DNA of 62,772 bases, the filler included, from Candidatus Fermentibacterota bacterium (GTDB lineage: Bacteria; JAFGKV01): the NCBI GenBank assembly GCA_016928395.1. It is 6 parts of 5 records of this genome, joined end to end, with 100 filler letters (N's around TTAATTAATTAA, not from the genome) between each part and the next. Parts side by side here need not be neighbours in the genome. Positions count along the whole stretch, not along the records: positions 1 to 22,646 come from JAFGKV010000037.1; positions 22,747 to 27,807 come from JAFGKV010000237.1; positions 27,908 to 39,614 come from JAFGKV010000238.1; 3 more parts are not named here. One strand, given 5' to 3'. The first letter of the stretch is position 1, and each line of letters begins with the position of its first letter. The position numbers and the translations under genes are program-made. This document shows positions 20,302-30,308 of the stretch, piece by piece. Under the pieces are notes generated by a model. It saw only the letters and a program-made list of their open reading frames with translations, searched no databases and was not told where the DNA came from.

Positions 20302-21723
20302 GTGCATCTCAGGCATCTCGGTGCCCTTATGCTCGCCTTACTCCTCCCCTGGACGGTCGCGGCAACACCGCTTACCCTCGCAATGGCTCCCTCATCCGAG
20401 CGGGGCCTGGCCTCCAATTCTCTCTCGACCCTCGTCTGGGACGGTGCCCGGCTCTGGGCAGCCAGCGGCAGCGGCGTCAGCCATTCCCTGGGTGTGCCCA
20501 CCACTGCGTTGGACTGGGTGACCTTCACCACCGACGACGGCCTGCCTTCAAACATCATACCTGCCCTGGCCGCCCAGGACGGGATCGTCATCGTGTCGGC
20601 GGCATCCTATGACGATCCCGATCTGAGTTACACCTTGGATCGGGGCGACGGTCTCTTCCGCTCGGACGACCTGGGTGCCACATGGGATTCTCTTGGCTTG
20701 AATCGGGCAGTCGGCATCGGCAATATCTGCTGGGACGTGGCCCTGGCCGGCAATGCGGTATGGGCTGCCTGCTGGAACGGGAAGGCAACCTCCGACTTTC
20801 CGTCAGGGTTGGCCCTGAGTACCGATGGCGGCGCCACATGGGCATACCCCGATGTGGCAGACACCATCGGGCCTCTGTGCTTCGCCCTGGCTGCGGCCGA
20901 TTCGACGTGCTGGGTGGGGACAGGCCAGGGAATCGGCCGTACGACCGACTTCGGAGCAACATGGCGCTCGTTCAGCTACGCCAGCACAGACGGAGACATC
21001 TCCGGTGATTGGATCGTCGCGCTTGAGGTTCACCCCGATGACCCACAGGCCGTGTGGGCCGCGACCCGCGCCATTCCTTCCATGGACGGTCAGCCGGGCT
21101 ATGGCACTGACGGAGCCTGCTTCAGTCTCGACGGAGGAGGCGCGTGGCACCGAATCGAAGAACTGGTGGGTGCCAGTGTATGGGACTTTGCATTCTCCGG
21201 TGACACGGTCTGGGCGGCCACGGAGGAGGGGTTGGGGTTCTCACCAGACCGGGGTGCCACATGGTCCCTTCTGACCAGAGACGCGGGTCTACCCGAAGAG
21301 GTGTTCTATTCGGTGGCCGTCGTCGGATCCCACGTGTACGCGGGATCCGACGACGGCCTGGTGTGGAGCAATGACCGCGGTGTCACCTGGCAGGTCATGT
21401 TGGCCAGTCAACCCCAGGGGACCCTTGATACACCCGAGGTGTATGCGTATCCGAATCCATTCAGCCCCAGGCGGGGTCAAACCGCCCGGATCCGCTATAG
21501 CTTGGGAAATTCGTCCCGAGTGTGGCTCAGGATCTTCGACTTCAATGAGCATGTGGTGCGCACCCTGACGGACGGCCAGCAACGAACCCTGGGCGATCTC
21601 CTCTTCGAATCGTGGGATGGCCTTGACGACCAGGGGCGCCTCGTGCCCAACGGGACCTACTTCTTCCGCTTACATGCAGAACGAGGCGCCCCGTCATACG
21701 GCACAATCATGGTGTTGGACTGA
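20302..21723 (+). CDS. Secreted Asp-box (BNR) beta-propeller protein with C-terminal FlgD-Ig / T9SS-sorting-like domain
   Basis: Signal peptide; repeated S/T-x-D-x-G-x-T-W boxes; C-terminal YAYPNPF...IFD...VRTL...WDGLDDQGRLVPNGTYFFRL; AAGGAGGT RBS. Confidence 0.85.
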   Translation: MHLRHLGALMLALLLPWTVAATPLTLAMAPSSERGLASNSLSTLVWDGARLWAASGSGVSHSLGVPTTALDWVTFTTDDGLPSNIIPALAAQDGIVIVSAASYDDPDLSYTLDRGDGLFRSDDLGATWDSLGLNRAVGIGNICWDVALAGNAVWAACWNGKATSDFPSGLALSTDGGATWAYPDVADTIGPLCFALAAADSTCWVGTGQGIGRTTDFGATWRSFSYASTDGDISGDWIVALEVHPDDPQAVWAATRAIPSMDGQPGYGTDGACFSLDGGGAWHRIEELVGASVWDFAFSGDTVWAATEEGLGFSPDRGATWSLLTRDAGLPEEVFYSVAVVGSHVYAGSDDGLVWSNDRGVTWQVMLASQPQGTLDTPEVYAYPNPFSPRRGQTARIRYSLGNSSRVWLRIFDFNEHVVRTLTDGQQRTLGDLLFESWDGLDDQGRLVPNGTYFFRLHAERGAPSYGTIMVLD

Positions 21724-22646
21724 TGCGATACACAACGCTCCTCACGCTAGTGTTCCTGACGACGGCTCACGCGCGGGTCAACCCCGGCGACTTCCTCAGC
21801 ATGCCTTTCGACCCTTCCACGGCAGCCCTAGGCGACGCCGCCGAAATCCTGCGGGGAGGCGCCGCCTCGGCACTGCGCAACCCGGGAATCATCGGAAGCA
21901 TGGAATCCCGCGAGGTGTTTGCGGCGCACACCTTCCTTTCCCTACACCGGCGACTCGATGCCGCGGCTGTGGCCATGCCCATCGGCAACCACGGAACGCT
22001 GGCCATCGCCGGAGTCCAGGCCGCGGTGGACAAGATCGACGGCAGAGATCTGAATGGCCGCCATACTGGCTATCTTACCGACACGCGCAATGCCGTATCC
22101 TTCGTATTCGGCCTGCGCCCCATCCCACAGGCCTCCTTCGGCATCGCCATCAAGGCGTTGTTCCGGGAGATGTCCGAGGAGACCGCCAGCGGCACCGCGT
22201 TTGACATCGGGGGTCGCGCGGAAGTCTACGAAGGCATCACCGTAGCGCTGACAGGCCGAAATCTCGGCATCATGAGGCCCAAGGGTCGGCCTATGGGGGC
22301 CTATTGGCCGTGGAACAGCTCCTACTGGTCTGACGACTTGCAGGTACAAAAGGATGACCGGATCCCGCCATCCCTGGCCTTCTCGGCAGCATCAAGATCC
22401 CTGCCGTGGGGACTGCGTGCGGGGCTGGGGGTGGCGAAGACTGAAGGCGAGGCCGCAACGGTCTCTGGAGGTCTAGAGTATCCCGTGGATAATCGCCTGA
22501 CGCTCCGGGCCGGGGGAACAGTCGATTCACCCGCGCTGGGTGCGTCAATGCTGATTCCGGTATCGTCCGCGCTCGTCACTGTGGGATATGCCTGGAGCAC
22601 GGGAGAGTTGACGAACGACCCGATTCATCGAGTTTCTCTGACCTCT
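21723..22646 (+). CDS. PorV/UPF0164-like outer-membrane beta-barrel protein; 3'-truncated at contig end
   Basis: Signal peptide, GDFLSMP...AALGDA...NPG, AFDIG, GLEY, HRVSL near the C-terminus; TGATG overlap with the upstream gene. Confidence 0.7.
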
Positions 22647-22746
22647 NNNNNNNNNNNNNNNNNNNNNNNNNNNNNNNNNNNNNNNNNNNNTTAATTAATT
22701 AANNNNNNNNNNNNNNNNNNNNNNNNNNNNNNNNNNNNNNNNNNNN
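22647..22746. other. Artificial contig spacer
   Basis: N-run with TTAATTAATTAA core (stops in all frames). Confidence 0.99.
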
Positions 22747-22772
22747 GCAAGGTGCTGGACTGACGCCTGCGC

Positions 22773-22892
22773 CTTGGATAGCGGGAGCCCAGCTCCCGCA
22801 GGCGAAAGCCCCGCATCCAGCGGTGCGGGGGCACCCGGCTTCAGCCACGACACGCCACCCCTGTCGGGCCTGAAGGCCCTCCTACTCTGTCC
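22773..22892. repeat. REP-like hairpin cluster including a GTAG-type REP copy
   Basis: GCGGGAGC/GCTCCCGC and CCCGCA/TGCGGG stems; 22835-22892 is near-identical to 27750-27807. Confidence 0.7.
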
Positions 22893-23035
22893 ATGCACCC
22901 CCTGGTCGCCCGCGGGAGGGCGGGGCTCGGGGTCGGTCTCGCTCTCGGTGTCGTAATCGCAATCGTAATCGACGAGCTGGGCACTCGACCGCGAGCACGT
23001 GTATCTGTACGAGCTTTGCACGCTCTCACAAACAC

Positions 23036-23099
23036 GTGGGGGCCCCGGGTCGCCCGGACGATACATGTCGTAGCTTCCGAGGCTGCCGCGTGAAGCTAC
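23036..23099. repeat. Dispersed about 65-bp repeat, second copy at 48502-48566
   Basis: GTGGGGGCCCCGGG(C)TCGCCCGGACGATAC...CTTCCG...AAG-TAC shared by both copies. Confidence 0.7.
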
Positions 23100-23359
23100 C
23101 GCGTCGAGAGTATGGAATGCTGGAATAGTGGAACGATGGCGATGATTGGATGGTTGGAAGTAAGGGAGGTTGGTAATTGAACCGTGCTCCGGCATGTCCC
23201 TATCACCTCGCCACCCCGCGCCGCTGGATGCGCGGCTTCGGGGTTTCCGCGCCGCAACCTACCTTCCGCTCGGCCCCTCCCCTTGACCTCCGGTGCCGGT
23301 GTGGTGTTCATTGCTGGGTTCGCTTTTCTATCCCACCCGATCATGAGGATCCCGTTTCA

Positions 23360-24526
23360 ATGACATCGCACCAGCCCGTGCCTCTTCTGGATCTCAGGCC
23401 GCAGTATGCGGCGCTCAAAGACGAGATCCGCATCGCTTTAGACAGGGTCATCGAGTCGCAGCATTTCATCCTGGGCCCCGAAGTCGAGGGCTTGGAGAGA
23501 GAGATAGCCGCGTACTCGTCATGCAGGTTCGGCGTCGGCGTCTCGTCCGGCACCGACGCGCTGCTCATCGCACTCATGGCCATGGGCATTCGATTAGGCG
23601 ACGAGGTGATCACGTCGCCCTTCACCTTCTTCGCTACCGCAGGAAGCGTGGCCCGTCTCGGTGCGAGGCCGGTATTTGTGGATATCGAGCCGAGTACTTT
23701 CAACATAGATCCAGCCCTCATAGAGCGCGCCGTCACGCCCAAGACGCGCGCCATCATACCCGTGCACCTCTTCGGCCAGACAGCCGACATGGATCCTCTC
23801 ATGCAGATCGCAGAGCGCCACGACCTGATCGTCATCGAGGATGCCGCCCAGGCCATTGGGGCTGAGTATCGGGGCCGGCGGGCAGGGTCCATCGGGCACA
23901 TGGGCACATTCAGCTTCTTCCCGTCCAAGAACCTCGGCGGGTTCGGTGACGGAGGGATGGTCACCACGAACAGTTCTGAGATAGCTGATCGTCTGCGAGT
24001 TCTCCGCAACCATGGGGCGAGCCCGAAGTATTATCATCGTCTGATGGGGGGAAACTTCCGGCTGGACGCGCTTCAGGCCGCGGTCCTACGGGTGAAGCTC
24101 TTTCACCTCGACAGGTGGACTGAGGGCCGCCAGCACAATGCAGCAGCGTACCGGAGGCTCTTCACCTCGGCCAATCTCGTCGAGACTGGCGATTGCGCAG
24201 GGGTTCTGGGGCGTGACTTTCCCGTGGCGCTTCCCTATGAAGCGGCCTCGCGCCGGCACATCTACAACCAATTCGTGATCCGAGCCACATCACGGGACGA
24301 CCTGGTAGCCCATCTGAAGGCCAGAGGCATCGGCCACGAGATCTACTATCCGGTGTCTCTCCATCAGCAGGAATGCTTCGCGGATCTCGGCTACCCGGCG
24401 GGCGCATTCCCCGAGAGCGAACGGGCGGCCGCCGAGACCGTGGCCTTACCCATCTACCCGGAATTGACGCCGTCGATGCAAGAGGCCGTGGTTGCTGCCA
24501 TTGCCGAGTTCTATGGGGCACGCTAG
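23360..24526 (+). CDS. DegT/DnrJ/EryC1/StrS family PLP-dependent aminotransferase
   Basis: [56 protein letters not shown]. Confidence 0.95.
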   Translation: MTSHQPVPLLDLRPQYAALKDEIRIALDRVIESQHFILGPEVEGLEREIAAYSSCRFGVGVSSGTDALLIALMAMGIRLGDEVITSPFTFFATAGSVARLGARPVFVDIEPSTFNIDPALIERAVTPKTRAIIPVHLFGQTADMDPLMQIAERHDLIVIEDAAQAIGAEYRGRRAGSIGHMGTFSFFPSKNLGGFGDGGMVTTNSSEIADRLRVLRNHGASPKYYHRLMGGNFRLDALQAAVLRVKLFHLDRWTEGRQHNAAAYRRLFTSANLVETGDCAGVLGRDFPVALPYEAASRRHIYNQFVIRATSRDDLVAHLKARGIGHEIYYPVSLHQQECFADLGYPAGAFPESERAAAETVALPIYPELTPSMQEAVVAAIAEFYGAR

Positions 24527-24628
24527 GCGGCACGCTCGGGGGGATCTAGGTGTGAGAGACGGGCGAGGAGTCTCGCTCTACCAGGCAGAGTATGGCTGTC
24601 CCGTGACAGCCTAACCGGGGAGGAAACA

Positions 24629-26275
24629 GTGTCCGAAGTATCGATCAGTCCATTGGGAGAAGCATTCCCGTTGCCCCGCCGCGAGGAATATGACCCCGAG
24701 TTCACTCGGGTGGAACGACTCGCAGAGGCCGCCCGTTCCGAAGGCAAGGAAGTCGTGGTGGTTATGGGTGTCGGCTTCGTTGGGGCGGTGATGGCCGCCA
24801 TCGTGGCTGACACAGTTGACCCGGAATCTGGAAAACCCGGCAAGTTTGTGATCGGGTGTCAGCGCCCAAGTACCCGCAGCTACTGGAAGATCCCGCTGCT
24901 GAACCGAGGCGAGGCGCCGGTCAAGGCGGAGGATCCCGAGGTCGCGCCCATGATCAGGCGCTGTGTGCTGGAAAAGAAGACCCTGACCGCCACCTTCAAC
25001 AGCGATTGTCTTCGATTAGCCGACTGCGTGGTGGTTGACGTGCAGTGCGACTACAGGAAGAACTCGTTGGGGGATATGCGAACCGGCGAGGTGGAGATGG
25101 GCGCGCTGGAGTCAACCATGCGCACCATCGGGGAGAAGGTGCCGAAGGAGTGCCTCGTGCTCATCGAGACAACGGTGGCGCCGGGAACCACCGAGTTTGT
25201 GGCGTATCCCATCATGAAAAAGGAATTCCAGAAACGCGGTATCACCACGCCTCCGCTGCTTGCCCACAGCTTCGAGCGCGTCATGCCTGGCCGGAACTAT
25301 GTCTCGTCTATCCGAGATTTCTGGCGGGTCTGCGCCGGATGCAACGCCCCCGCCAAGGAGCGCGTCGTCAGGTTCCTTCACGAGGTCATCAATACCCGTG
25401 ATTTCCCCTTGACGGTGATGGACCGCCCCATTGAGTCGGAGACCACGAAGATCGTGGAAAACTCCTACCGGGCCACCATTCTTGCCTATCTCGACGAGTG
25501 GAGCGTCTTCGCGGAGCGCAACGGAGTCGATCTCATCAAGGTCATCAATGCGATCAAGATGCGGCCAACCCACAGCAACATGATCTTCCCCGGCCCCGGG
25601 ATCGGGGGCTACTGCCTTCCCAAGGATGGCGGCCTCGGCCACTGGGCGTACCATCATATCCTCGGGTTCGAGGATGACATTTTCAAACTCACGCCCATGG
25701 CCATCGACATCAACGATACCAGGGGTCTCAGGGCCGCGGAGCAGACCCGCGACGCGTTGCGCAACATGGGTCGCTACATCGCGGGCGCGACCGTGCTGCT
25801 GTGTGGCGCCAGCTATCGTGAGGATGTCGGCGACACCCGGTACAGCGGCTCGGAACTGGTTGCCCGCAAACTGGCCGAGATGGGCGCGGAGATCACGGTG
25901 CACGATCCCTACGTGGATCACTGGTACGAGCTGGAAGAACAGGCGACCTACCCTGCTCCCGGCCAATCATGGGCACGGTTTTTCCGCCACCAGGAGGAGC
26001 TCCCGGACATTCGCGTGCAGAAGGATCTTGCCGAAGCGGCCCGGGGCGTGGAGGCCGTGGTCTTGGCGGTGCGCCATGAGCAGTACCTCAATCTCAACCC
26101 GGATGAGATGCTCTCGTGGGTGGGCGCGCCCTTCGCCATTGTGGATTGCTTCGGTATCCTCGATGACGCGCGGATTCGCCGCTACTTCGAGCTGGGATGC
26201 GAGGTCAAGGGGCTCGGCCGCGGCCATATTCTGCGCATCAAGAAGGAAGTCACACGCACGAGAGCCGTGTCATGA
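24629..26275 (+). CDS. Nucleotide-sugar dehydrogenase (UDP-glucose/GDP-mannose dehydrogenase family)
   Basis: GVGFVG Rossmann motif, IETTVAPGTT, ERVMPG, ETTKIVEN, GIGGYCLPKD (catalytic Cys), SYREDVGDTR. Confidence 0.92.
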   Translation: MSEVSISPLGEAFPLPRREEYDPEFTRVERLAEAARSEGKEVVVVMGVGFVGAVMAAIVADTVDPESGKPGKFVIGCQRPSTRSYWKIPLLNRGEAPVKAEDPEVAPMIRRCVLEKKTLTATFNSDCLRLADCVVVDVQCDYRKNSLGDMRTGEVEMGALESTMRTIGEKVPKECLVLIETTVAPGTTEFVAYPIMKKEFQKRGITTPPLLAHSFERVMPGRNYVSSIRDFWRVCAGCNAPAKERVVRFLHEVINTRDFPLTVMDRPIESETTKIVENSYRATILAYLDEWSVFAERNGVDLIKVINAIKMRPTHSNMIFPGPGIGGYCLPKDGGLGHWAYHHILGFEDDIFKLTPMAIDINDTRGLRAAEQTRDALRNMGRYIAGATVLLCGASYREDVGDTRYSGSELVARKLAEMGAEITVHDPYVDHWYELEEQATYPAPGQSWARFFRHQEELPDIRVQKDLAEAARGVEAVVLAVRHEQYLNLNPDEMLSWVGAPFAIVDCFGILDDARIRRYFELGCEVKGLGRGHILRIKKEVTRTRAVS

Positions 26276-26463
26276 TGCGCCCTGCAAAGAGCGTGGGAGA
26301 CCACCCGGGTTGCCCACGGCGGACCCGCCCGCACAGGGTGCTGACTGTGGAATGGGCCGCATGCCAACTCCATCACTCCAGTGTTCCGCCCTCCCCCTTC
26401 CCGGTTCAGCGACTCTGAACCGTGATGCCTGACAAGCTGCCGTGCACATGGGGCATTTGAACA

Positions 26464-27504
26464 GTGTTCCATAGGCAACTGCGTAGGCTTCGCCGCTCCA
26501 TCCGCCATCTCCTTGGCAGCAGAATCCAACGCCGCCGGGTGACCAACAAGGTGTTGGGGGTTGTCTGTGTTGCAGCAATCTTGGCGGTCGGGGTGAGCGC
26601 GCTTCCCGATTTCGTAAAGAGCCTCGGCGAAAAGTCGTTCTATCAGGCCGCGTCCCGAGGCAGCGCTGAACAGGTCAGGATACTGCTTCTTCTCGGCGTC
26701 AAGCCTGACTTGCCCGATCCCTACGGCTACACGCCCCTGCACTACGCGTCATCCCGCGGTCAGGTGGAACTCGTTGGCCTCCTCTTGGCCCACGGCGCCA
26801 ACCCCAACCTAAGCGGATACGGTGGCCGGACCGCGCTCCACATGGCGGCGATGTACGGCCATTCTCACGCCATGCGCCTTCTGCTCGAAGGTGGCGCAGA
26901 CCCTACCATCGGCGACAGCGGGGCGAGAACTCCGCTCTTCCATGCTATTACCCGGGCATTCAAGGCCATCTCCGATACGCTCGTCGCCCTCGGAGGCAGC
27001 GCTGATCAGCGCGATATGCACGCTCGGACCGCGCTCCACTATGCCGCGGCCAGCGGCCATCTTCGGGCTGCGGAATTGGCCCTGAGCCTCGGGGCAGAGA
27101 TCGAAGCCCGTGCCGACGACGGCGCGACGCCCCTGCACGCCGCTTCGGCCGCGGGACGGATTGACATGGTTCGGTTCCTTATCGACAAGGGCGCCACGGT
27201 CAACACGGCCATAGACGACGGCTCGACGCCCTTACACGCTGCAGTGAAGGGAAGCCACACGGCCGTGGTCGAGGCTCTGCTCGCCCATGGCGCCCGCGTC
27301 AATGCACGCATGGAGCACGGCATCTCGCCTCTTCACGCTGCAGTGATCGACCGTCGGGCCGAGATCGCCAGATTACTTCTGGATCACGGCGCCAGTGTCA
27401 ACGCCAAGACGGACAAGGGGTGGACCCCACTTCACTATGCTGCCTATGCCGGCGATACGGAGATCTCCCAGTTGCTGCTCGAACGGGGAGGCCGCTACTC
27501 CTAG
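26464..27504 (+). CDS. Ankyrin-repeat protein with N-terminal membrane anchor
   Basis: About 8-9 G-x-TPLH-x-A 33-aa repeats; hydrophobic VLGVVCVAAILAVGVSAL. Confidence 0.92.
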   Translation: MFHRQLRRLRRSIRHLLGSRIQRRRVTNKVLGVVCVAAILAVGVSALPDFVKSLGEKSFYQAASRGSAEQVRILLLLGVKPDLPDPYGYTPLHYASSRGQVELVGLLLAHGANPNLSGYGGRTALHMAAMYGHSHAMRLLLEGGADPTIGDSGARTPLFHAITRAFKAISDTLVALGGSADQRDMHARTALHYAAASGHLRAAELALSLGAEIEARADDGATPLHAASAAGRIDMVRFLIDKGATVNTAIDDGSTPLHAAVKGSHTAVVEALLAHGARVNARMEHGISPLHAAVIDRRAEIARLLLDHGASVNAKTDKGWTPLHYAAYAGDTEISQLLLERGGRYS

Positions 27505-27558
27505 ACTCTTTGCGTCCTCGCTGCGCGAGGAATGGCGGGATGTGGGGGTGGAGTGTTG

Positions 27559-27598
27559 GGATATTCCATGGCCGGAATATTCCGGGCATGGAATATCC
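27559..27598. repeat. 40-bp near-perfect palindrome
   Basis: GGATATTCCATG-GCCGGAATATTCCGGG-CATGGAATATCC, one mismatched pair. Confidence 0.8.
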
Positions 27599-27743
27599 AG
27601 ACGAATGGATGGCTCGCTTCGCACGCAGGTCATAGGGTTCAGGGTTCGGGGTTCAGTCGGGCCTCGGAGGGCACGGGCGCACTCAGATTTCTCGAGGACG
27701 AGAGTATGCGGCGCAGCCGGCGGGCAGGTGAGGCGGCTTCTCC

Positions 27744-27807
27744 GTAGGACCGGCTTCAGCCGCGACACGCAACCCCCGTCGGGCCTGAAGGCCCTCCTAC
27801 TCTGTCC
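27744..27807. repeat. Inverted GTAG-type REP doublet (REPIN-like)
   Basis: GTAGGACCGGCTTCAGCCGCGAC (27744-27766) and the reverse complement of GTAGGAGGGCCTTCAGGCCCGAC (27778-27800). Confidence 0.7.
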
Positions 27808-27907
27808 NNNNNNNNNNNNNNNNNNNNNNNNNNNNNNNNNNNNNNNNNNNNTTAATTAATTAANNNNNNNNNNNNNNNNNNNNNNNNNNNNNNNNNNNNN
27901 NNNNNNN
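27808..27907. other. Artificial contig spacer
   Basis: N-run with TTAATTAATTAA core. Confidence 0.99.
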
Positions 27908-28037
27908 GAGAGGCGATCGCGGCTCGGTCTCGTCTGGCCAGGCTCCACCCCTCTTTTACCCCCGATCCCAACCCCTCATGAAATATCCGGGTTATCGCCG
28001 CATTGGTTTCTTCCGGGCGACCTGGGGCAGCCACCCT

Positions 28038-28922
28038 CTAACGGTGATGGGTGGCTGCCGTGCTACGGGGCAGGCTCTCGGCCATCCCTGCCGGGGCGAG
28101 GAGGCAGTAGGCGGCGGTGATCGCCAGTTCCCGCACCAACGGGATGCGGCCGATAACCGGCGCCCCTAGCACGGGGGCGCCGTACCGCAAGGCAAAGGAG
28201 GGGCGCGAGAGGTACATTTTTTCCCTCGCAACGACGAATCCTGCGTCCCGGATACACCTGTGGAAGGCGTGAATCGTAAGCCGGATTTGGCGTAGGCGGC
28301 GCACTTCCTCGTGGGCGAGAGTGCTTCCCCCGGTGAGCCGATGGAACGCGGCATCCGGCAGAAGCTGGAGATAGGGGAGCCGGTTGTAGGGCACCCACAG
28401 TACCCTCTTGCGGGGCAGGATCTGCTGGTGGGCTCCGAAGGGTGAGTAGTACGGCGGAAAGATGACGAACACCAGGCCTTGCCCCGAAAGGGCATGCCGA
28501 ACCATGCCCAGAGCACGGGCCGGTTTGTCCAGGTGCTCGATGACATCTCGAAACATCACCAGGTCGAAGGGGCCGTCACGGAAGACGTCAGCATCTTCTT
28601 CAGTTACGTCGCCGACCACTACCCGGGCGTCGATACCCTCGTTCTCGTTGTGCCGTCGCGCCACCTCCACCAGCCGACGGTCTATGTCAATCATTGTGAC
28701 GCGGCACCCGGCGGCGGCAAAGGCCGCGCCGCATCCCCCGTCGCCGCATCCCACCTCAAGCACCCTCCCATTATGGAGGTCCAGGCCCCAGCGAGTTAGC
28801 AGGGGAATGAGATACTGCGTGGCCAGTTCCTTCTGGTAGCGACGGTAGAAGCTGTCCCAGTCTTCGCCGGGATCTCGCGTGACTCTGCGCCTCACCATGA
28901 CCGCCAGGCGTGAGGGAGCCAC
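28038..28922 (-). CDS. Class I SAM-dependent methyltransferase
   Basis: VLEVGCGDGG motif I, IDID, FDLVMFRDVIEHL, FPPYYSPFGAH. Start may be ATG 28898. Confidence 0.88.
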   Translation of the reverse strand: MAPSRLAVMVRRRVTRDPGEDWDSFYRRYQKELATQYLIPLLTRWGLDLHNGRVLEVGCGDGGCGAAFAAAGCRVTMIDIDRRLVEVARRHNENEGIDARVVVGDVTEEDADVFRDGPFDLVMFRDVIEHLDKPARALGMVRHALSGQGLVFVIFPPYYSPFGAHQQILPRKRVLWVPYNRLPYLQLLPDAAFHRLTGGSTLAHEEVRRLRQIRLTIHAFHRCIRDAGFVVAREKMYLSRPSFALRYGAPVLGAPVIGRIPLVRELAITAAYCLLAPAGMAESLPRSTAATHHR

Positions 28923-29180
28923 GGAGATGCATGCTGCCTCTGGGGCATTGCGTCAATACGCATCATGCGCACCCGTGAGAGGGGGGAGTTCATGGGGTTG
29001 GGGGTTCAGTCGGGTTCGGTATCGATATGGGGTTGACACGGAGGCCGCAGATTGGAGTACGATCGCGACTACAAGAGCGAGTGCGGGGGCTGGCAGAACC
29101 GTGTGCCCTCACACGAGGGTTCGGGGATAGCGCCCGGGAGGCATTGAATCGCGTTCCGGAAGGGAGGGAAGCCTCGGTAC

Positions 29181-30308
29181 TCATGCCAACAGGCGCCCCA
29201 GCCACGGCCGGCGAATAGCGATGGCGCGGGACCTACAGGCTTCGTGGCAGCAGTAACAGCGGATGCACCGAGACCGATCCACGTGGGGAACGCCATCACG
29301 AAAGGCCATCGCGTCCACGGGGCAGGCGGTTACACAGGCATGACAGCGGGTGCAACGATCCACCACCACGGTGGGCGCAGGGGAGAAGACGCCCTTGAGC
29401 AGGCGGCGCGTTGCCGCCCGGATCAGAGGATTGCGGAACACACCCATATCCAGCCGGTGGGGCGTGGCGCCCTTGAGGCCACCCGGCAGGAGTTCCTCGG
29501 GCGCGGGGCCGACGATGGTATCCGCAGCCGCGTCGAGCCATGGCAGTCTATGCAGGGGTACATTGCAGAAACGGGCGGCCACCCGGTCTACTGCCTGAAG
29601 GTCGCCTCCCACAACGATGGCGCCGACCTCGCGGGGGTCTCCGCCCGCGGGGCCCTCTCCCTCCATGGCAACCACGGCATCCACCACCGTGGCTCTGACC
29701 GGAATGGACAGCGCAAGGTCCTTGAGGGCCAGGGAGAATCGCCGCTCTTCGGCGAAGCGGGCGTGGTAGCCGACCTTGAAGTGACCCGGCACGACACCGA
29801 AGAGGTTCTTCACCGCGCAGGTGATCCCGGTATAGGAATGGGTCTTCAGCTTGGGAACATTCACGATGAAGCCGACCTGGCTCACCACGCGCACTACCTC
29901 GGCCCGGGCCAAAGTCCTACCCCCCAGGGAGCGTAGATCCCACTTTAGGTCCCAGGAGAGTTCGCAGCCTGTGCCGCGAGCCACATCGGCCATACCCGTC
30001 TCCCGGTAGACGCGCTCAAGGCCCCGCTTCGACCAGAGGAATGCGCCACTGTAGCTATCGCCGATAATGGGATGATGTCCCAGACGTTGCAGTGCTCTGA
30101 CCACGCCGCGCACTATCTCAGGATGGGTCGTCGTCGCCTCGCCCGGCGCGGCGGCGTGGAGGAGATTGGGCTTCACAAGCACCCGGCAGGATGGCCCCGC
30201 CATGGCATCCAATAATCCTGATTTTTCCAGAACCTCGCCTACCATCTCGGCAGCGTTGCCGTAGCCCGAGGAGCGGCGGATCATGATGGAGGATGGAGTC
30301 TGGTTCAT
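29181..30308 (-). CDS. DUF362 domain protein with C-terminal 2x[4Fe-4S] ferredoxin domain
   Basis: VLVKPNL, TTHPE, PKLKTH, AVKNLFG, MEGEGP; CTRCHACVTACP and CIRCYCCHEAC. Confidence 0.9.
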   Translation of the reverse strand: MNQTPSSIMIRRSSGYGNAAEMVGEVLEKSGLLDAMAGPSCRVLVKPNLLHAAAPGEATTTHPEIVRGVVRALQRLGHHPIIGDSYSGAFLWSKRGLERVYRETGMADVARGTGCELSWDLKWDLRSLGGRTLARAEVVRVVSQVGFIVNVPKLKTHSYTGITCAVKNLFGVVPGHFKVGYHARFAEERRFSLALKDLALSIPVRATVVDAVVAMEGEGPAGGDPREVGAIVVGGDLQAVDRVAARFCNVPLHRLPWLDAAADTIVGPAPEELLPGGLKGATPHRLDMGVFRNPLIRAATRRLLKGVFSPAPTVVVDRCTRCHACVTACPVDAMAFRDGVPHVDRSRCIRCYCCHEACRSRAIAIRRPWLGRLLA

